A DNA stretch of 55,529 nucleotides, the filler included, from Basidioascus undulatus (taxonomy: Eukaryota), in the NCBI GenBank assembly GCA_000826855.1. It is 3 parts of 3 records of this genome, joined end to end, with 100 filler letters (N's around TTAATTAATTAA, not from the genome) between each part and the next. Parts side by side here need not be neighbours in the genome. Positions count along the whole stretch, not along the records: positions 37,110 to 55,529 come from JTLS01000464.1; 2 more parts are not named here. One strand, 5' to 3'. The position numbers and the translations under genes are program-made. Position 1 is the first letter of the stretch. Every line of letters begins with the position of its first letter. Under the pieces are notes generated by a model. The model did no database searches. It was given only the letters and a program-made list of their open reading frames with translations, and was not told the origin of the DNA. This document shows, in pieces, positions 50,088-55,529 of this stretch.

Positions 50088-52303
50088 TCAGACAATGTGG
50101 GGAGGAGCGTCTTGCGCTTTCGCGGCCTCCCGGGCCTTTGCGTGCAACCGCGGGCCAGAAACGAGGCTCCGAGCGGAAGCGTCGCGCCAGACGTCTTCGT
50201 CTTTGGAGCGGAAAATCTCGCCCTTCCAGATGGCCAAAGCGGTGAGAGATGCGAGACAGAGCCAGACAATACTGCGACCGTCGAAGTCAGGGTTAGTGAC
50301 GGAAAGAGACGGATTAAGCACCTGGGCGTCTTGAGCATACCAGATGACGGTTGTGAAGATGGCATGGAGCGTCCAAAGGAACTGAGATTGGAAGATGTCA
50401 CCGATAGCCTTGAATCCGTTAACCATTCCCACTGCGGGACAGTGAAGTGATGAGATTCGGCGGAGCAAATTAAGGAAGGGCAGAAACATACCGAGGGGGA
50501 AGCTGAGCGCCCAGCACCCGAGAATTTCGTTCAGATGCTTGTGCACCTTGAACCAATAAGGAAGAACTACGAAGGTTCACTAAGCCTCTTCGCCATACAT
50601 CACATAATAAATAGTAGACTCACCGGCAATGACGAAGAAGAACGTGGCGAGTCCCAGAAGCATGATCGCAACCATGACGGAACCGGCGTACCAGACCTCA
50701 CCAGCCAGCGGCGAGATGAGGTTGTGGGCCGGGAGCACCTCACGAGCTTCTTCGCCGAGGTTCAGCAACGCCAGCGCGGTGAACCCGGGAGGGCCGCTGT
50801 AGGAGACACAAATCAGCATGGAGACGCCCGGAAGCATGCGGACAGTGCTACGTTCGACACTCACCAGGCGACGAAAGCCCCATTGGCTTGGTGCCCCTCC
50901 ATGAACCTGGAAATGACCGTTGTCAGCCACACGGAAACCCACTTCCACGCTCTCATTCTCACCCTGTCGTAATGACACGAAGTACCTGCGCATTTTTGTC
51001 AGCGCCTGAGCGAACAGAGTGAGTGGAAGGACATGCTTACATAGAGAGCCAGGTACATGAAAGTGATCATGGTGCCCAACCCTTGGAAGAAGTACGACAC
51101 GACAAGCACGTCCAAGGCTCTCTGACTCTGCGACGGGAGCACGTCCAACACCTGCACCCAAGTTCTCAACTCTTGCCTCAACCGACCCAGAAGGGACGAG
51201 ACTCACATTGAAGCCGACGACGCCCGTGAGCATGAGGGGAAAGACCTGTGTTTTCGTTCAGTCAGCGGGTGTGAGAATGTTGCAACGACGAAAATGTATC
51301 CGCACCAAGAACATCCACGCGGGAGTGAAATGTTTGATTTCATGTGGGCGGTTGAGCCTGTGCGTTACCGGTCAGTGAACAGTGCCATGCTGTACATGGC
51401 AAAACACTGTACCAGATGAGCAGCATGGGAACGCAGACCACAATGGCAAATGCGAGATACACCCTGGAGGCAAACTTCGTCGACGGCAGCTGCAGAGAGC
51501 GAGTGAGAGGCTGATTGAACTCACCAGAACAGAACGTATAGCACTCCTGGCGAAATGATGTTGGCGTGTCGAACACCGTATTGCATCGTGCTGATATAAA
51601 CAATCAGTCAGCCTTATACCATTGGGACTGAAGTAAACTACTTGCCCAATCGTAATCGTCGCGAACGATAACACGATGAGAGGGACGAAGATGCCTTTGA
51701 CCTGACCATCGGGGAGAGATGCTGTAGTCAGCCACTTGCTCGATTGCTATAGAAAGTTTCGGATACGTGCAGGATCAACCACAAGACGAATCGACTGTCT
51801 AGGAAACACTGTGAAAAGAACATACTTTCAGTGTAGCGCAACGGGCAGATTGCGAGGCGACTGACTGAAGAGTTGCAGAAGGAGGACAGAAGAGATTGTG
51901 ACAAACATCACAAGAACGAGGAAGAAGAAGATCATTTCTCATAACATCGAATGCTTCTCAGCGCTCCGGACGTTCATGGAAGTAAAAATGACCTACCAAT
52001 AATGGTGACCCACTCTGGGGCATTGTGCAGACCGCTCAACAGGACGTAAACCGCGCCAGTGCCCATGGCACAAGGCCAGGCCTGCCAACTCCAGCCGTGC
52101 ACTCGCCGTGCGAAGTTGTACACGCGGGGGCTGAAAGTGGGAGGATTATCGGCGTTGTCCTGTGGTGGGTCGCAGTTGCAATTGTTGGAGCCGGTCTCTT
52201 CCTTCGATAGCTCGCGACTGGGGCTGGGCGCACGGCTGGGGTACGCTGTGGCAGTCGGGCTGGGGTATGCCGACCACGTCGAACTCGGCTCTGGGGCGGA
52301 CAT
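50088..52303 (-). CDS. TDT/SLAC1-family (Mae1/Ssu1-like) organic acid or sulfite transporter
   Basis: RVHGWSWQAWPCAMGTG, FTPAWMFL.FPLMLTGV, FFQGLG, GPPGFTALALLNLG and GCWALSFP. About 10 hydrophobic segments. Confidence 0.88.
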
Positions 52304-55295
52304 GCTCGAGTGAGAATGGTGGCGAAGGAGTCGCTCCGTCGAAAGAGAATGAACGAGAAGAGGCGCCGTCACGGCAGCGGGCGGCGTGGAAGGAGCGGCA
52401 CGCATCGTGAAGACTCTTATGGGGAGCTGGAAGAACGTGGAAGGAGTGTCGGGAGCTTTGTCGCTGCAGAGAATAGTGCGGGGAGAGGAGTTCGGCACGG
52501 TGAGGATGGACAAGTTTCGATCAAGTTGGTCGGTGAGGTGTGTTGGTGCTGGTGCAAGCAATGCCGGTCGTGTGCTCGAGGACGCGATGTTATAGGTTCG
52601 GTGGCAGGACCGCGCAGCAGTCTATCGTTCTGGCACAAAGCAGCTCGTCCACGAGCCAAGCACGGCAATTGCGGCACAAATAAGATGTGTAGCCGAAAGA
52701 GACTAATGGTGTGAGTAGAGAGGCCAAGAAGCCTCCAAAAGGCGGAGACCCACAACATGTGCGTCAGAAAACCCAGACGCGATAAGCAGTAGCGTGCTGC
52801 GGGGTGGAAGGTCACACTGGCAAGAGCGAGCGGCATCGCGCGACGAACAGGTCAGTGCGAACGGCAAGCGAGATATGCACCAAGGCTGTACATGACAAGA
52901 AAACGCGGCATCCAAGAGTACAATCGAATTGAATAACGATGTAATAAGGATTTGCTGAGAGCGCTGTATAGAAAAGCAATCGCTGAGAGCTGAGCGAGCT
53001 ACGCTTGCGCTCATCCATGGCTTGGCTGCATCGCAGGATCAGCATTGCTTCACTTTCACATATTTGCATCACCTACGATTGATAACGGACTCGAAGATCA
53101 GATCTCAACGCAAGTGACAGCTTGGCGTCCCATTATACATTTTCTTCGGGTGCATCTGCGACGACAGACTATCTTTCACAACCGCGCGTCTCGCGCGGTG
53201 TACTGTTCTTCCACGCCTGGTCTTCCGAACATCTGCGAGAGAACTTGCACGGTCTCAACTTGCGAGTGATCGAGTCTAACTGCCGAGCACACACAGTATC
53301 ATCCTAATGAGACGAAAGAATCTTAACCTCAGGTACGCAAGAGGTACGAGGAAGTCAAAAAGTTGCGTTCGGAGGAGCACGGCGCCAGTCTGAAACGAAA
53401 GCAGCCGATTGAGGGGTTTCACGTTCACGAAGGCGTCCTGCTCCATCAACCACGTTCAGGCAACACTAAGATGCCCCTCTGCCGTCTGAAAACTCTCCAA
53501 TCGCAGCTGAGGTTGGAATGTTCATGCCAAGGGAGGATATGCAGCTAAGCCTTCGATGCATACACATCAATGCAATGTAAGCTACGGCGTCCGAGAATGC
53601 AGGCGACCTCCAGAATGCTTTCCTGGAATTGCTTCTAGCAAAAAAGGGAGACTACGCTTCTGCCGGAAAGTGCTCGGCAGATGCTTCCTCGCAGTGTCGT
53701 GCTGCGAGCCAAGACACTCCCGATCGAGGCAGCAGTCAGAACAGCGCACAGAACTGTCTGTGGTGAATGAATCACTGGAGTTACTGGAGGTGCTTTCACC
53801 GATCCTCAAGTCGAATAAAGCAGTTACACACAGCCGCAACGTACTGTACAATGGCCATCGTGCTACAGGCCAAGCTGTTCGCAAGATGAGGAGGTCGCAC
53901 AGCCATTCTAGGCATCTGCAGCGACGAGATTGGGGTGTGCGCCATCAACTGGCGTACGATGACCATCACAGCTTATACTGTACCAGACACTCAGAAAGAG
54001 AATAGGAAGCCGATGCCAACATACAGCTGCAGGAGCCATTCTCGACTGCGGGGTCGTGCATTCGCGGTGCTGTAAGCCAAGACTCGACGCTGAGGAAGAA
54101 GTCGATAACGAAGTAACGTGCGGGCGAGCTACTCTGCACATTGGAACATCTATGAATACCCAAAGTCAATATGTGTGCGTCGTGGAACGTCGGGGGACGC
54201 ATAAGCAAGCCCAGACGAGCCATTAGCGAAGCTGAGGATCGACAAGGAAGAAGGTGCCTCTTGCGATGGTGAAGTGACGCCAGCAGTTGAGCCACTTGCG
54301 CAAATCAAAAGGAGCCAGATTGAACGCACTAGCTATTCACATGTGCATTACAGTCACTTGTCGCTGAACGGACAAGCTGGCACCAACTGGCACAGCATCT
54401 TGTCGCCGAGCGCAGCGCCGCAGATTGCGCAGTCGTCAGGCAATGCTTTCGTTGATCGGGCCAGCAGTAACAGCGTCCTCTCACTGCTCAGTGTATTGGT
54501 TTCAGTGTCGAATGACCAGAAGGCACCCTTACGATAATACACATTTACCGACGAACACAGCACTGCCAGCGGTAATTAGGCAACTGTGCAACTGGCAGAC
54601 CCGCTCTGACTGTGCTGCAGGTTTCGCGCTCCAGCCAAGTAGACAAGCGCATCGCTTGTGATTTCCTTTTATATTACAAGAGCGTACACCAGAACTCTCA
54701 TAACAATATTGCCGCAAACGCAGCTGCGATGAGGCGGCCTCCCCATCACTCCCCACCTGCTCAAGCCCTCTGCGCCATTCCTTTCAGCAATGTCAGAACA
54801 ATCAGAACAACAGCCCAAAAGCGCATCACCTTCCGTGAACATTGGAGAAGCACGCACAGCAACTTTTGTAACACTCTTCGGCTCCATAACCAACAGCGTC
54901 TTCCTGCGCTCCTCCGCGGAGACCGAGTATTTTAAACCTCCCGTCCCCACGCCGTTCTGCGAACTTCACGAAAGACCGCGTCGGCCGAAGCACTATTATC
55001 CGGGCCGAAATGTGCATAGGCGATGGGAACTGGGGTGGGGGATTGCAGCATGTGCAAAGGACACAATTGGACACAAGGGACTGTAAAAGAACAAGAAACT
55101 GAAGGCGCAGTTCGGTACTGCGTGACGCTGTTCAAATTTCGAAAGGCGAATGTTGACCGTTCGCTCCAGGAATGGGCCACTGGGTCAAGAATGAGTTGTA
55201 TGTAAGTGCGTTCGCGTTCTAGCGGGACTTGGAGGGCGAGATCATCTCAATAAAGGGAAGAATGCCTGCCGGGCTCAGCTGCTTGTTTTCAGCGT

Positions 55296-55512
55296 CCGAC
55301 TGACTTGGCCCTTCACTTTCCGAGGCACGCGCAACGAGTACGCGTGGGTGGATACTGGAGGCTACCGTGGGGGACTGGTTACTGTAGTCCCCGGGATGCG
55401 GGAAGGCCCGCTGGCGGGCCCCTAAGTTAGGTGGTGAGGGGACCCAGTAAGTAGGGAGTGTCGAGGTGCGCGAGTCCGTACTCGGTAGTCCATTCGTTGC
55501 CTCAGTCAGTGG
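55296..55512 (+). ncRNA. Candidate structured RNA element (unassigned, may extend past window end)
   Basis: Four nested long-range helices, internal hairpins and a potential loop pseudoknot, found by eye. No family motif recognised. Confidence 0.3.
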
Positions 55513-55529
55513 TAGATGAGTTAATGAGT

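Noticed and set aside
55440..55456. U1 snRNA 5' end on the minus strand (TACTTACTGG)
   Set aside because: It differs from ATACTTACCTG, and no U1-70K/U1A loops or Sm site follow.
1..55529. Secondary-metabolite cluster or mating-type locus
   Set aside because: No PKS, NRPS, terpene synthase, pheromone receptor or homeodomain gene was seen. Most overlapping ORF-track entries are GC-rich shadow ORFs.

Overview
Eukaryotic genomic DNA from an intron-rich basidiomycete fungus. The short ~50-70 nt introns, frequent GTGCGY/GTGAGY donors and very GC-rich housekeeping genes suggest a Microbotryomycetes/Rhodotorula-like yeast (inference). The window is three contigs joined by artificial 100-nt N+TTAATTAATTAA linkers (18469-18568, 37010-37109). 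Most ORF-track entries are spurious because real genes are spliced. Recognisable genes, in order: YAK1 kinase, ADP/ATP carrier, GH18 chitinase relic, F-box-like gene, DJ-1/PfpI pseudogene, APH-like phosphotransferase, MED14, GHITM/Bax-inhibitor, carboxylesterase pseudogene, DUF6534-like membrane protein, F-box-like relics, SDR, IMP3, SPT4, partial NRK1, partial MAG2/RNF10, partial TLC-domain gene, partial NOP53, KRE6/SKN1-like GH16, compact AMSH-like JAMM deubiquitinase, and a TDT (Mae1/Ssu1-like) transporter. I found no convincing novel multi-gene system. The best leads are: (i) a nested, possibly pseudoknotted RNA-like structure at the window end; (ii) two gap-free chimeric junctions that each truncate two conserved genes; (iii) extreme intron density with 7-11 nt microexons and GC-AG introns; (iv) a block-wise mosaic of GC-rich core genes and lower-GC, often decaying accessory genes. 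All splice models were reconstructed by eye.
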